Positions 1 through 13,290 are shown, counted from the first letter of the stretch. The stretch: 64,000 nt of DNA from Camelus ferus (GCF_009834535.1 NC_045697.1:8372001-8436000), one strand, 5' to 3'. Translations and numbers: made by a program. The notes: a model not told the origin generated them from the letters alone.

Positions 1-1989
1 ATCTCTGAAGTTTAAATGATTATTTGCTCATGAGGAGATAAGAATAAATGTTAATGTGTAATATTCGACATATCGCAAGAGAATTTGCAGTTCAACGCTA
101 CACTGAACAAGCAGAACAAGGGCTGTTTGAAAGTTGAAGGAACTGGGAGGGAGATCATGAGACTTGGCCAAGAAGATCCACTGAGCACTTTAGGCAGCGA
201 CATACAAGCTGAGTTGGGGACTCTGCCTTCCAGACTCCAAGGGCCAGCACATTTTCCTGTAGATTCTACTTCCCACAGCTACATGGGGAGACTTGGAGGA
301 AAGGGTAGGTCCACTTTGTCTCAGCATCAGTCTTGGTCACATCAAATATTTATGCGTAAAGTCTCCTCTCAGGTCATCTAGTGGGTGGGGTGGATAAACA
401 TCATCTGATGCTCAAGGACATATTACTGCTACTCTACAAATCTGGACATGGAACTTGACTTCCTTTGCCACTTTCTAAGCTCACTATGTGTGTGTGTGTA
501 TGTGCATGTGCTTTAAATATCAATCAACTACCAGAAAATATGACTATGAGTAAACTAGGTCAGGCAGAAACCAAGGACAAGGAGAAGTAATGAATCCACT
601 GATGATGGCAGTACCGACCTCCCAGATGAAAACGCTAGTCTCGGTTTTTAACTTAGACCTCTTTGGCCCAAGAAGATACGGAACATGTGAAAAATCCATA
701 TGGAAGATGTAGAAGCATTTTTCAGAAAATTAGGATCTGGGCTCAAGAGAGATGAAAATTTCTTCAGAGGCGCTTGCCAAAGTACCTCATCGAGGACACG
801 TGGAAACAGACCAAAGCAGCTTGTCAGGCCGCCAGGGAACACACTTTTTAAAAATAAGTTTGTCATTTATCTTGGTAACTACAATCCAAGACTGTAGAAC
901 ATTAGGAATGTTAGAAACCTAAAACGTTGGAGAGGCAGAGAGAATACATTTCTTTTTTTTTTTTTTTTTTTAAGTTATAAAACTTGGAGTTGAGCATCTT
1001 AATGTTCAACTTGCTGCGACATCAGGGGAGGTCAGCATAGGAAACGCGGAGCCCATTCCCAGCTTGTTCTAGGCTAAAGCACAGCTGTCGTGGCAACAGC
1101 CTCAGTCGCTTATTTCTTTTCTTCTTCTTTGGCTACACTTTTCTAGCATATATGTCGAGTAACAGCTGCATCGCATAGGAATTTATAATAGGAAAGAGGT
1201 ATCACAAATCATCATACCCAACATTTGATCAAGGGAGTCAGTTCACTTTTCTGAATCTCAGTGCCCTCAGTTAAGCAATCTAATTAGTGGCAAACCACGA
1301 TGACTAGAATACAGGTCGCTAGATCTAATAGAGGGAAGACATTTCAGATGGTAACCTCAAGTGGAAGAATACGCCACCATCAGCAGTGCCAGTCATTAAC
1401 ACCGGACCCAAATCTTCACAGCCGCCGCGTCTGCCCCAGCCTGTGGAAGGGCTCTGTGATGACAGCCACCCGGGCCCTTGTGCCACCACTGCCCCAGAAT
1501 TCCATGTCCTCTTCTCTCTGCTTTGGAAACCAGGCCCCTGTCATCACTGGCTGTGAGACTCATGCAGACTCCCTTACCTCAGATCAGACTCACCCAACAA
1601 ATACTCATGCTGAAATAAATACATATGTATGTATACATACATACATATGTATATTTTGGCTAAATATTGTCTTATTGATCAAGCCTTCAAATATGAAGAA
1701 TCGATTCTGATACAGGATTTAGGGCATATAAGCCTCTAACTGCTGTAAGACCAGTTTCTACAAGGTTGAAAATAATTAAACAAGCAATTACGAAAAGACT
1801 GACAAGTACCAGCACTCTCGGTGCAGGAAATACTGAAAGGACAGGGGTGATTCTTTGGAGGAACCATCCCTATGTCCTAGATAGATAAAAACATTCTGTT
1901 AAAGGGGAAAAAAAAACTTAAAACCATAGGGTGAGATTCATAGTAAAACTGGGTGTGAGGTGCACTGAAAGAGAAAATACTTAACTCTG

Positions 1990-2125
1990 TCTTGGGTCTG
2001 GGGGCATAAGGCTCAGGCACAACCTTCTCTCTGCACCTCAGTTTCCACATGAGTAAAACGCTAGATACCAACAGTACCCAGTGGTAAGGCTGTGGTAAGG
2101 ATTACATTTACAAACATATATAAAG
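1990..2125 (+). mobile_element. MIR SINE fragment
   Basis: Core motif 'ttctctctgcacctcagtttccacatgagtaaaac...gtacccagtggtaaggctgtggtaaggatta' resembles the MIR core; boundaries approximate. Confidence 0.7.
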
Positions 2126-2174
2126 GGCCTCCTTCAGTATACATGCATGATATTACTATTACTAAAGACAGTAA

Positions 2175-2455
2175 GCCTGGCGCACAAATCACCTGACGTC
2201 ACATTCAACAACAGGAAGAGCTCCAAGTGTTTTGTCTTAGCATCCCTCCCCTTAAGACTCAAATTCCAGGCAGAAAACCTCTGATTGGCCTCGCTTTGGT
2301 CACATGGCCATCTCCTGGCCAGGGGAGGCAGGTCACCTTGACAGACAGTCTCATCATGGGGATATCCAAAGTACGACTGGAGTGTTATTCCCAGACAAAG
2401 AGGGGGTAGATGTTGGGCGGCAGGAACAACAGCTGCCATTACATTTGTTCTCTTC
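2175..2455 (-). mobile_element. old MaLR (MLT1K/L-like) solo LTR fragment
   Basis: 'ctctgattggcctcgctttggtcacatggccatctcctggccagggg...gacagtctc' resembles the antisense of old MLT1 LTRs. Confidence 0.55.
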
Positions 2456-3439
2456 TCAGCAATCATATGAAGTACCATGGAAGGAAGAGTGAGGCTCACC
2501 AAGCTTAAGCACGCAGCCCAGGGATTTGAATAGAGGACTTGCCTGAGTTTAGAGCCCAAGAGCATCACTATTACAGTTTTTCCCAGGGCAGCAAAATCTA
2601 GGCTCTTTCCACTACAAGCAAATTGAGTTAGGGACTTGAAAGGAGGATGCGATTCCAAATGGCAGAGACATAAAGAGGAAAAAGTGGGAAATGACCCTCT
2701 GCTAGGGCACACATTTGATATTTGCAGCATTCCCTTCAACTAGGGAAGCCAGTATCCTTTGTAAATGTTACAGCAAGGAAAAAAAAAAGCATGCTTGGCG
2801 TTTCCTCTGAGACTCACAAACATTCTACTAAAGGGAAAGCAATCCAAGGCAACATTTGTTTAAATTAAAAATAACAATAAAAAGAAAAACTTGACATCTA
2901 TTCCCGGCCAAAAGGTTGAGTATTAAATAACATTTAAATTTGGCTTTGATAAAAAATGTATGTTGTTTTGGATAGCTATATTTAAGCAATTTTTGCAAGC
3001 CTCAGAGGGAACTAAAAATGCCTTAATTGCTTCCTCGTTTTTACATACTCTATTACATGGAATTTCAGCCGCATCTGTCACCAAATTACCAGTATTACAA
3101 AAACATTGTATATTTTATACATGGAAGAACCTCAAATACCTGAAAATACCTCCAAGTGTTTGAGAAGCCAACTGAGTACTTTTTAATGTACTTGATTTCT
3201 GGTTATGCCTGGATGTCTGGGGTACACTTAAGGACTTTGTTTTTGTTTTTTTTTTTTCTTTTCCATTCAAAATATGGAATTTTCCATTAAAATCCTCCCT
3301 CATCAACATACTCATGAGGAGGGTAAATGTCATCTTCTAAAAAACAAGAATAGGTTATTTGATGTTTTAGAATGTGAAAACTTATATCAGGGGTTAATAA
3401 GACAAAGCAAGTGGTGAATGAAAAATGAAAAAACATTTC

Positions 3440-3620
3440 GGAAACACCTACCACGTACCAGGCAAGTAACTAGACCCTCCCATTTCAGTATCTGAGTGCT
3501 GGTATTACTCATCTCGTCCAGGGGTGTCGCCCTTTGGAGGTGAGGGAACTGGAGCTGAGAAGTAGTTTGCTCAAAGTCATACAATAGTGAAGTCATGAAA
3601 CTGGGTTTTAACCCCCACAA
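3440..3620 (-). mobile_element. MIR SINE fragment
   Basis: 'tgagggaactggagctgagaagtagtttgctcaaagtcatacaatagtgaagt...ctgggttttaaccc' is an antisense MIR core. Confidence 0.65.
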
Positions 3621-5545
3621 GGGAAGACGCAAAACCGCATATGAATTTTTACAAGAGCCTATGGCCTTGAGTCTGTGTCCCTTTCACAATCCTCAATAAT
3701 CTGTAAGATGAAAACAAAACAGCAAGTCATCGGTGCCCTGCCTCGGTGTGAATTCTAGCTTTCCCTCCGTCCCTCGGTGACCACCACGCCTGCCAGCCTC
3801 GGGGTTTACTCATCTCCCTGATCCACGTCTGTCCTAGGATTGCCGCGTGCCACTACCTTCCCAGCCTTTGACAGTCCAGAAGCTCTGGAAACTGATTTCC
3901 CGATTCTCCACTCCCCATCGACCCCAAACTTGTCGCCAAGTTTTGGCCATTTCATCTGCATACCTCTCACAACCGCCCAGCCCCCTTTCCCTGCCGCCTT
4001 CCTGCCTCCGGCCCTGGGCTCTGAGCACTGTCGGTGCTGGGCCGAGCCTTCTTTTCACTACGTGCCCACGCCTAGCCCGGGGCCTGAAGCAGGCCGTGGG
4101 CTCGGTAAATGCCGGCTAAAGGGAAGAGTAAATGAAGGAATAAGCACATTACTCATGCTAGCGGTGAGCAAACTCTCTGTATGAGATAACAGAGCATTAC
4201 AAACAATATTATCGACGCTGGCCTTCAGAAGTCATTTTTACTTCTGTATCTCTGCTGTTTCTGGCTGTTCTCTTTGCTCCAATCAGAAGCATCTGTTTAT
4301 TGTCCCGTGAGTTCACCTTTCCCTGCTTCCCTAATATGCTGGCTCTCTCACTGTGCCTAGTGTGCATCCCAACTGTAGTTGGACAGATACCATATGCATG
4401 AACCTACACAGAGCCTGGCCCCAGCTTTCCTGTATAAACAAATCTTACCCAATGAACTCCAAAGTTAAGGTAAAATACAGTTACTATTGTTTTTTTTCTT
4501 TTTTTCTTTGTGTGATCGATGCCTATGGGTGTTTTCAAAGGCTCATCAGAAGTCACCTCCACTGCGAAGACTTTTCTGACCTGTTCCCCTCGCTGGTTTC
4601 TTCTGTTAGGATTCCTAGTTCATTCAGATGACGCGTCTGTCTGGGTCCAGTCAGGAAAAAAGCAGGCCATGCCAGAGAGCACAATCAGGTGATTTAATAT
4701 AAGGAACTGGTTGCCCCATTGTTGGAGGGGCTAAAAGAGCAAAGAGGATACGGTGAGAGCACACAGAGGCTGGCAGTGGCAGGAAACCGCTGTCCCTGCC
4801 GGGCCTGTGTCCCAGGAACTCAGGATTTACACTCACCCCTGCCGTGGGCAGCTGCCCTCAGGAGCCAGAACAGCCAGCAGGGAGAGAGGCAGACAGACTG
4901 CCACTGGCACCTTCCCCACTGTCTAATTCTCCTGAGAGGTTCTCCACTGGCCAGCTGATGAGACAGGCCGGCCATGCACTCAGCAGAGGTCACTCCCTGT
5001 GATACAGAGCAGAACAGGGGAAGGGTGTGGAGTGGATCTGAAGGCCACAAGCAGAACATACCACACATCAGACAGCTGTGTATTTTGGGTTATTTTTACA
5101 TATAGACAGTGAGCCTCCTTCAGGCAGAGACCATGCCTAGCCCATCTGTGTGTCCTCAACACCACAGACACTGTCTTCACCTGGACCTTTGTGAATAAGT
5201 AAAAGAAAAAGGAGGAGGAGAGGGGGGGAGAGGAAGAAGACTCCAACAGTATGAATGAATAAAAGTGATAATGTTTTTGAACAACACAAAGAATTTTTCA
5301 GTCTTTTGGAAGAAGTGCAATCTGCTCTTGTTAAATCCTTAAAACCTCACTGATGGCTTACTGACTGCTTTCTCTCTCCCTCCCACTTACATTCTACTGT
5401 TATGGTTCTATGTACTCTTTCCTTTTTTTCATTTTTCATTCTGTGCAAGCAAAAACTGGCATTGTATTTATTTTAAATAATTTATATATATATACATATA
5501 TATATATATTTGTTTGATTGATTACTTGGTATTCATTTTGATTAC

Positions 5546-5760
5546 CTTGCATTACTTTGTTGCTTATGTAAATGGAAATCCTGAGTAAAGTAGCTCAAAC
5601 CACTGAGGGGATTCCACGGGAGGATGTCAGGTGTCTGATGGGATTCCAGAGCTGAGTTATTGCAGCGGGAAGAGGTGTGAGCTGGGGCCAGCGCTCTGCA
5701 GAGGGCTGGAGACTCTTCCTGCCGCACCTCCCACTTCCCCGTGTGCATCTGCTTTATCCT
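5546..5760 (-). other. candidate alternative first exon/promoter ending ATG-CAA-G|GTAATC
   Basis: Minus-strand donor AAG|GTAATC at 5546/5545, ATG 7 nt upstream, in-frame stop further upstream. GATAAA, CAGATG and GGGGAAGTG (ETS-like) motifs lie near 5730-5760 in unique sequence. Confidence 0.3.
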
Positions 5761-6084
5761 CGTCTCTCACTCCCTAGTCGGTGGGACCAGTGGGGAGTCG
5801 CTTTTTTTCCTGCTCTTACTTTCAGGCACCCACAGAGGTACTAAGCTCAGTTTTTATTCTAAAATTCTTGAAAAAGTATCTTGAATGGCCCAAATTAGGT
5901 CCGGCGCTCACCCTTGGAACAATGGATGCCGCCAAGGTGCAGGACCATTTGACACGAACTTGGTGCGTCTCGTGGAAACTATGTGGAGGGATTAGGAGAT
6001 GGGGACAGTGCCCAGGAGGGAGCGTGGAGTCCCAGGCAGCTGTCTGACAAGTCCTCACTGCAAGCCTATGTCAGGGACTACAAC

Positions 6085-6315
6085 ACAATGTATGTGTTGT
6101 GAACAAGGAGTCTCAAAAGATGGATGTAAAGGGGCTACAGTAAGATACACTTGAGAAACTCTGCAGGCTGGACCTCCTTCTAGAGAGACATGGTGCACAT
6201 TAACATATTAAAGGCTCTGAGAAGTCCTGCAGCTAACCTAGCATATATCAAGCCTTGACCATGTACCCCTTCTCAGAACATTAATGTCTCCCCCAAATAC
6301 TTGAGATGCACTGTT
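6085..6315. mobile_element. hAT-Charlie-like non-autonomous DNA transposon remnant
   Basis: 'catattaaaggctctgagaagtcctgcag' motif; a related copy lies at ~39480-39725. Confidence 0.5.
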
Positions 6316-7994
6316 AAACCAGGTTGACTCTAACAGTCATCTCTCAGAGCCCCCAGTTCTAGTCCAGTTTTCTCATACAGGCTCCCTGAAATTAACCAGG
6401 ACACTCAGTGTTTCCTACCTGGCTTTCAGGTTTACATGCCTATTTAAATAACGTGTCCTGTCTATTTAATAAGGACACTGACTTGCAGTTGGCTTCAGGC
6501 TCCATGGCAGTGGGGACAATATCCGTGACCCACGGACTAGCCCTCTTGATCTGGGCACTCACCCTCCTTGAGCCACCGTGTGTTCACCTCGAAGAGGATG
6601 TCATAATACTTACATCAGAAAATAGAAACTGAGTAAGGTAATAGAGGTTAAACATCTAGCAAAGCACTTGTCCAGCAGGAAGTTTTTAAGAGGTAGGCGT
6701 TGCTTTCCTTTTGTTGTCCATACCCAAAAGATATGCACACAACATTCAGAACTTCATGTCACTGAATTCAAAATCAGTATCTTCCTTCTTTTCCTGTCCT
6801 CTTTATCCCTCTTTCCTTTCTCTCTTGGTGACCTCTCTCCTTTCCATCCCTTCACCTACTTTACTCATTCCTTGCTGCCCCCTTTAAACTGCAAAGCATC
6901 TGTGACATGAGAAAAAATGTCTGCTGGTAAAGTTTGGTCTTAAGAACCCTCAGCAGGAGAAAGGGTGGAGAATTCAGTGGACAGAGCCTGAGGCCAGGAG
7001 TGCACAGGACTTGCAGCACTGCACATGCTGGAGACTTCTGGGATGACCCTTCAGATGTGAAAGAACCAGGAGGATGGATTTCTGGTCCCTCCATTTTCAT
7101 ATGCACTCCGAGGCTCAGAACATGCTTGATATCAACAGTACACCTCAGTGATGGGTTAATTACTAACATTTTTAGATATTTTCCATGCAGTATTTTTCTT
7201 ATTTTCCCCCTACTCCTCCTCCTTCTGATGCTTCTTTTTTCATTTTTAAGACAATTTAGCCTCAGAAGTGCTCACTGTGTCTTAGCTCCTCCGTCCATGA
7301 AGTATTTCCGAGTATACCACTAGATTCATTGCTAAAGTTCCTGCTTCTCTCTTTTCCCTTTGTAAAATCATATATGCAAATTAGCTTATTGAAATCTATG
7401 AAGGACCTACTACGTACAAGGCAGGGTGATTAGTACTTTGGGGTGACCTTTCTCTGGGTATCTCAGAGTATTTAGATACTAACTTGATGTGACAGAAATC
7501 CACGTGAAAGTTTCTGCTTCCTCAGTGCTTGTGTATCTGGCAACAAGAAGACAGTCACACAGGAAACTGTTTCTCAATACCGGGAATTAAAACGATGGAC
7601 CTTGGTTTCTAAAATCACCTGTAACATCATCTCAATTCCCTGCAACCACGATAGGCTTACTTTTTAGCCATTTCCTAATTACAAACATTCCACTATGCTC
7701 TCTACAGCACCCATTTCTGAGGAGTCCACATTATACTGGAGACAATGTTAGGCTCTTAGGAAATAAAATGAGTAGAAAACAAGAGAGAGTGATACATTTC
7801 ACAGGAGGTCAGGACCTACTCTGAGTGAGAGACCAGTCTTGCCCCCTCAACTGTCCGTATCTGTCCTAAGGTTGAGCAGGAGGCTACCGTGGAGCAAAGG
7901 AGGTGAAGCTATTCAGAGCAAAGAAAGAACAAGAGGACCAAACAGTTCCATCACTCCAGCTCACAAACACTCTGCTCCTCTGCGGCGGATTTTA

Positions 7995-8341
7995 CTATAG
8001 TTCCTACACATGTTTGCTCCATTCCTGTAGGTGGACTGCACACCCTCCCACCCTATCCCATGGATGCTGAGTTTGGCCATGCCATTTGCAAGCTGACCTG
8101 ATGCACACCCTGTCTACGCAGAAGATTTAAAACCCATTGCATGCATTTCTGCAGGCTCTCTCCTGCTCATTTCTCTCTGAATAAAGACAGCAAGTCGCCA
8201 GCAAGAGCTGTTCCTTCATCCTGCTTCCTGGGTGGCAGCCGGCCCACGGTAGCCAACATGTGAGAAATAAACACGTCATAGCCTTTGAGATTTGTGGGGG
8301 AAAGTATTTTTGTTTTTAATGCAGCAAAACTGAATCATACA
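7995..8341 (+). mobile_element. MaLR (MLT1I-like) solo LTR
   Basis: 'tttggccatgccatttgc', 'tgtgagaaataaac...ctttgagatttg', 3' end 'gcagcaaaactgaatcataca'. Confidence 0.65.
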
Positions 8342-8889
8342 AGTCTTCCTTCCTTTATTCTCTCCACTTCATAGAAAAATATTCTACAATTCTAAACCTC
8401 CTATACAGTATTATGCATTACGCATAATAATTCTAAGAGCTGTCACTTCAGTAATGTTTAAATTTTTTTTTAAATTTAAGGCTAAGTCAATGCCTCTGGA
8501 TCAATGGATGAGATTTTTCTGGTTTCTGTAAGAAGAAAAGTGGCCCAACAACTCTTCCCAAAAGAGGCTTGCTGCTCCATCTGTTCCCTGGCAGTCACGT
8601 AGTTTTTTAAGTGTTGTACAATTAAAAGGTAGTAAGCAGGGACCACATGGTTTGGGGGAGACACAATGAAAAAGAGCCGAGTTCTGGGTCTAGTCAGTTC
8701 TGACACTAAAAATAAGACACACCCTGACTCAGGTCAAGGTTTCCTTGTTACACAGGGAAGGTGTCAAAGAGCAAATCTCCGAAGCTCCTTCCTTCTATGA
8801 AGTTATTTTGTTTTAGGTTACTGAAACATATAAAAACACAGCCAACCCTCAGATCCTGAGGAACCTTCTGCTTCTGATTCACCACAGCC

Positions 8890-9180
8890 CTCCAGTGTCT
8901 GGCCCAGGACCAAGCATGAAACGGACATTTTTTGTATGAATGAATGAATGAATGAATGAATACATGCAATTATGAAACATATCTTGAACATTACTCTGTT
9001 TCAGGTAAAGTGCTGGCCACTGAGACCACAAAGATGAAGGAGATACAGTCCCAAATGTGTAGAAGGCAGACACATACTAAAAACTACCTTCCATAAATTA
9101 CAGGGAACACAGTGACAGGCACGAGGTAATACCAACACCCTACGGAAGAGCCACCTAACTCAGCCTGGTGCCCCGAAAGG
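8890..9180. mobile_element. L2 LINE fragments with (TGAA)n tail at 8936-8961
   Basis: L2-type 3' end 'tgtatgaatgaatgaatgaatgaatgaat' followed by an opposite-strand L2-like piece. Confidence 0.55.
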
Positions 9181-11743
9181 CTCTCTGCTTCTCAAAATGT
9201 TTGCCCCTCTATTAAGAGGACTTTCGGAGTCATACTTGAGAAGTAGCTATTTAGGGATTACCAAATATCAGTCAGGTGAGATGTGTCCCCGTAAGCACCA
9301 TATAAAATGTTTCAAGAAACTTAAGAGGGGCTGGAGGGGAATAAAACCCGTGCCTCCATAAATTGGGAATAATGGAAAAAACAGAACTCTTCAAACAGCT
9401 TCTCGGGAGACATCCCAAGAGAGAGAAATTTAAGACAAGTAAAGGTTTTTTTTTCAGTCTGGGTGTGAGGCTTGATCACCATGTCCTAAATAAGGAGCCA
9501 GTAATAGTATATTTATAAACTATGTGAGCAGTTCTTTTAAAGAGGGGCGCAGAAGGGTCTCGTTCCAGCTGAGAAATTTAGAATAAGAGAGGAACTACTA
9601 TGAGCCAGTGGTTTCAAGTACCATTATTTGACCTTTCCTTTATTTAGAACACCTCCAAACTTACACAGCGTATTACATCTAATTAACTGAGTGTTTATGC
9701 GTTAAAGGGTTATTTGCTTGTGACTATAGTGAAACTTCCAGGATTTATGACAGGAGCATTTTAGAACAGCAGCATGTGTTTCCCTCCATTTGTATAGCTT
9801 CATTCATTATAATTTTTCCTGATGTTTTGCCTACCATATTATTAACTTCCCCAAAGCAATGAAATAGCAGCTTGTCTTCTCACGGCAGAGAAATGAGAGG
9901 AATAATTATGAATGTGGAAATCCCAGTGAAAACATGCTTCTATTGAAAGAGGCTAGTGGTCCAAGAAGGAGTTCCCTGGATTTATGGTACCATTAAAAAA
10001 AAAAGCAAACATGCAGGAAAACAGATGCATTTTTTCATCCAGCATCTTGGATACTCCACATGCAGGGAAAAGAAATCTTTTATAATATATGTGTGTATAT
10101 TTATATGTGTATATCACTGGACAATAATTCATGTTTTTCTGTAAGTTATAAAGTCTGAGTAAATTATCAGAGTTTTGAGTGTGTGCCATACCTAAATGTT
10201 TAATCACTGTGAAGTGTTCTTTCCAAAATGTAAGAGTTTGTAAGCACAGTGTTTGATGTGTAACTGACTCTGAAGGACAATGCAAAGATGTGTTCCTCAC
10301 AACTCTGGGCTACTAAAGATCTTACAGTGACGGGGGAAGGACACTGCGAGGTAGCCCCCACTGCCTGTCCGCGTAAACACGTGGGTTTGCTGGGAAAACC
10401 ATTCCAGCCTGGGCTGCAGACCAGCCGTTATTTCACGAAGAGCTGGGGCTGACAGGACCACCGCGGTCATTTGTGTTTATTGTTCAACAAAGGTGTTCGG
10501 GGCCTTGGAGGGCCAACCAGGACCTTGGGAAGAAACTGGCAGAGCAGGGGTATGGGGTGGGGAGAGGACAGTGAGAACCTGGGGCAGTAGGAGAGAGCAG
10601 CCCCCGCCCTCCTGTTTGAGATGATGTTTGCATGACGACATCCTGCTGGCTCCATTGTTATTTTTCACAACATCATGGCCTGCTTGGCACCCTGACCATC
10701 CGGGTGGCCTCTCATAAAAGGAAAAAAACCAAAACCCTTGATTTACACTCTTCCTTCAGAAATGCTCCCGACCTCTCTACTCTGTGTTACTGCGTTTTCC
10801 TTGCCTACCCCGGATCTTCCCCTTTCATTCACGTGACCCTTCCATTGGTCACTAGTGTCAAAGGTGTATGCGCTAAGAGGAAGGTGAGGCTGGAAAGTAA
10901 GTCCCAGCCTCAATTCCTTCTCCCAAAATCTATGCCTCAAACCTGCACCATGATTTGAAGTTATTTTTATCTGTATAAACAGGGGGAAAGGCGGCTACTT
11001 TCCAAAGAAAAGGTCACTCGGGGGATGAGGCTGGGATTGTGTATTTTTTAGCCACCTTACTGATAATATGACATCCACCATTAAACCTCTGTAAGTCTCA
11101 GCACAAGATCTGGGGGTTTCAGGAACTCCTGATTATCAGTGGTTTATCTTTCAACCCCTAGCTTTTACAATCATTTTCATTATAAATAAGACTTCTGTAG
11201 AAATGACCCCAGCTCACCTTTTTATAACCACCTAATCGCTGGAACTGATGCCAACTCCGAGGCTTCAGCCCACACCACAGTTACTTATCAAAGCTAACAA
11301 TCCAGAGGAGACAGAGCGGCAGCTGGCCCCATGGCAACGCTGGGACAGGAGACCCAAGGAGGAATGGCAATACTCATCAACAAAGGATCCACTTTTATTC
11401 CAAGCTGGATTACTCTTTGATTTTAAGAAGAGGCACCCAGTACAGCCCACACTGCAGGCTGTTTAAAAATATTTATTATGTGATCAACTTTGCAAACGCC
11501 AATGCAAAGTTCTAGCTATATGACAAACATCACATTTCAGAGAATGAAATAGGTTTTCTGAAATCAAGTATTTATAATTGTATTATAACATCAAGAGTTG
11601 AACTGGGATAACTTGCCTTAAAACTTCTGTGCAAAAATCAGGCCAGTAATTATGCTGGAGATCACCTGATATCATGACCCCATTTCTCAGAAAGCAAGGG
11701 TCTAGTCAAGCCTCTAATACTTAGAATATAAACGAAATATCAT

Positions 11744-12283
11744 TGTGGTCAGCACCCTACAAAATGGTCCCCCGTGACGCCTGTCTCCTGGTGTTCGTGC
11801 TCTTGTTTACAGGCTGCACCAAGTGCTTCTGCCAAACAGGATACGGCAAAAGCCGTGGGATGCCACTTCCCAGACGAGGGTACAAAAGGTCTGTAACTCG
11901 CTCCCCTCTCTGTGACTCTCTCTCTGTCTCTCTGTCTCTGCTTCTCTCTCTCTCCATGCCAGAGCCCTCACTCTGGGGGATGTAAGTTGCCACGTGGTCA
12001 GTGGCCCTATGGTTAAAGCTGTGTGACAAGGAACTGCTGTCTATGTCAATCAGGCATGTGAGTGAGCTCAGAAGCAAATCCCCCATCTTCTCCCAGTCCA
12101 GCCTTGAGATGCCTGAGCCCCAGCCAGCCTCTAGACTGCGGCCCTTGAGAAGACCCGAGCCAGAGAGGCCAGCTAAGCCTCACCCACATTCACCCATCCA
12201 CAAAAGCCCTGAGGTAATAAGTGTTCTTTTAAGCTGCTACTTTGGGGGATAATTTTTGTTACACAATAACTCATAAATAATAC
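11744..12283 (+). mobile_element. MaLR (MLT1E/F-like) solo LTR with internal (TC)n
   Basis: Starts 'tgtggtcagc...aaaatggtcccc', ends 'ttttaagctgctactttgggggataatttttgttacacaataactcataaataataca' (TG...CA). Confidence 0.85.
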
Positions 12284-12499
12284 AGTCACTCCTTCCCAAC
12301 TTTAAGACGGTTTCTCCGTAAGTCACTGCTTAGGTATACTCTAAAACTCTAGCTGTTGAAATATTATTGATAAAAAAAATCAAATGAGAACCCAAGATGA
12401 TGTATCATCTTACCATGACATATTGGCAAAAATCTTCCCCCAAATTATATGAAATCAATAAACCTCCTATTATTTATGTAGCTCAGCTTCTAACACACA

Positions 12500-12685
12500 A
12501 CATATAAAACTGACTTACTTATTATGTTTATTCTTTATTTTCTTCTTCTCCCATTAGACTATCAGTTCCACCAGGTCAGGGATTTCACCTTTTTTTTTTT
12601 TTTCTGCTCATATCTCCCAGGCGCTAAAACCAGTACTAGGTTCATAGGAACTGCCCAATAAACGTTTCACAAATGAATGAATATG
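12500..12685 (+). mobile_element. L2 LINE 3' end
   Basis: 'ctcccattagactatcagttccaccaggtcaggg...cccaataaacgtttcacaaatgaatgaat'. Confidence 0.75.
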
Positions 12686-12804
12686 ACGTGGTTTAATGTC
12701 AAATTCACAACCTCCAGCCACAAGCATAAACCATGCTGTTCTCCATAATACCTTCCACCTTCCTAAACTTGCAGCCTTCCCCAGGCCATCAACCACCTGA
12801 AATG

Positions 12805-13290
12805 CCCTTTGTTTTGGGTTGCATTCCCCAGGAACACACTGTGAGACAAGAATTTGTGTGCAAGCAATTTACTAAGGATGTGTGCCCACGAGAAACCAGT
12901 AAGAGCGGAAGCAGCACAGCACTGCGGGAGAAGCAGCCAGGCAAGGGTGTGATTTCAGGCACCGTCCCAGAGAGGGTAACTTTAGCTATTCCCACAGGGA
13001 GCTCGTAAGTGCGAATTATGCCTCCAACTTTGTCCCAATCCTGGGCAGGAGAGTTGAGCTTTTATCCTCCCATGCTAATTAGTCATCAACCAGGGCTGCC
13101 CCAGGAACTAAGCTCCCCGGTACTTCTAGCTGTCTGCAAGTCTAGGGAGAGCCAAGGGCAGGCCTCCAGTGAACAGACACAGGGACCCACTTTGGAGGCA
13201 AAGTTGCTGGGAAGCCGGGAGAGAGAAGCAGAAGAGCCAGTAATGGGATCCAGGGAGATCTGTGCAGAGCCTCCCAGTGCCTCCTACTGC
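12805..13290 (-). mobile_element. ERVL-type (LTR16-like) solo LTR
   Basis: 'gggttgcattccccaggaacacactgtgagacaagaatttgtgtgcaagcaatttact' resembles the antisense LTR16-family 3' end. Confidence 0.55.

Noticed and set aside
700..897. ORF MEDVEAFFRKLGSGLKRDENFF...
   Set aside because: Short, no recognisable homology and no supporting splice or poly(A) structure.
1567..1590. Two minus-strand donor-like motifs (GAG|GTAAGG, TGG|GTGAGT)
   Set aside because: The would-be exon upstream is TA-rich simple sequence with no acceptor or promoter features; probably chance.
2194..2201. Full CRE palindrome TGACGTCA
   Set aside because: A single 8-mer at the edge of an old LTR; expected by chance in 64 kb.
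2134..2739. Longest ORF (201 aa, minus strand)
   Set aside because: Non-ATG start; runs through MIR and MLT1 remnants; no domain similarity.
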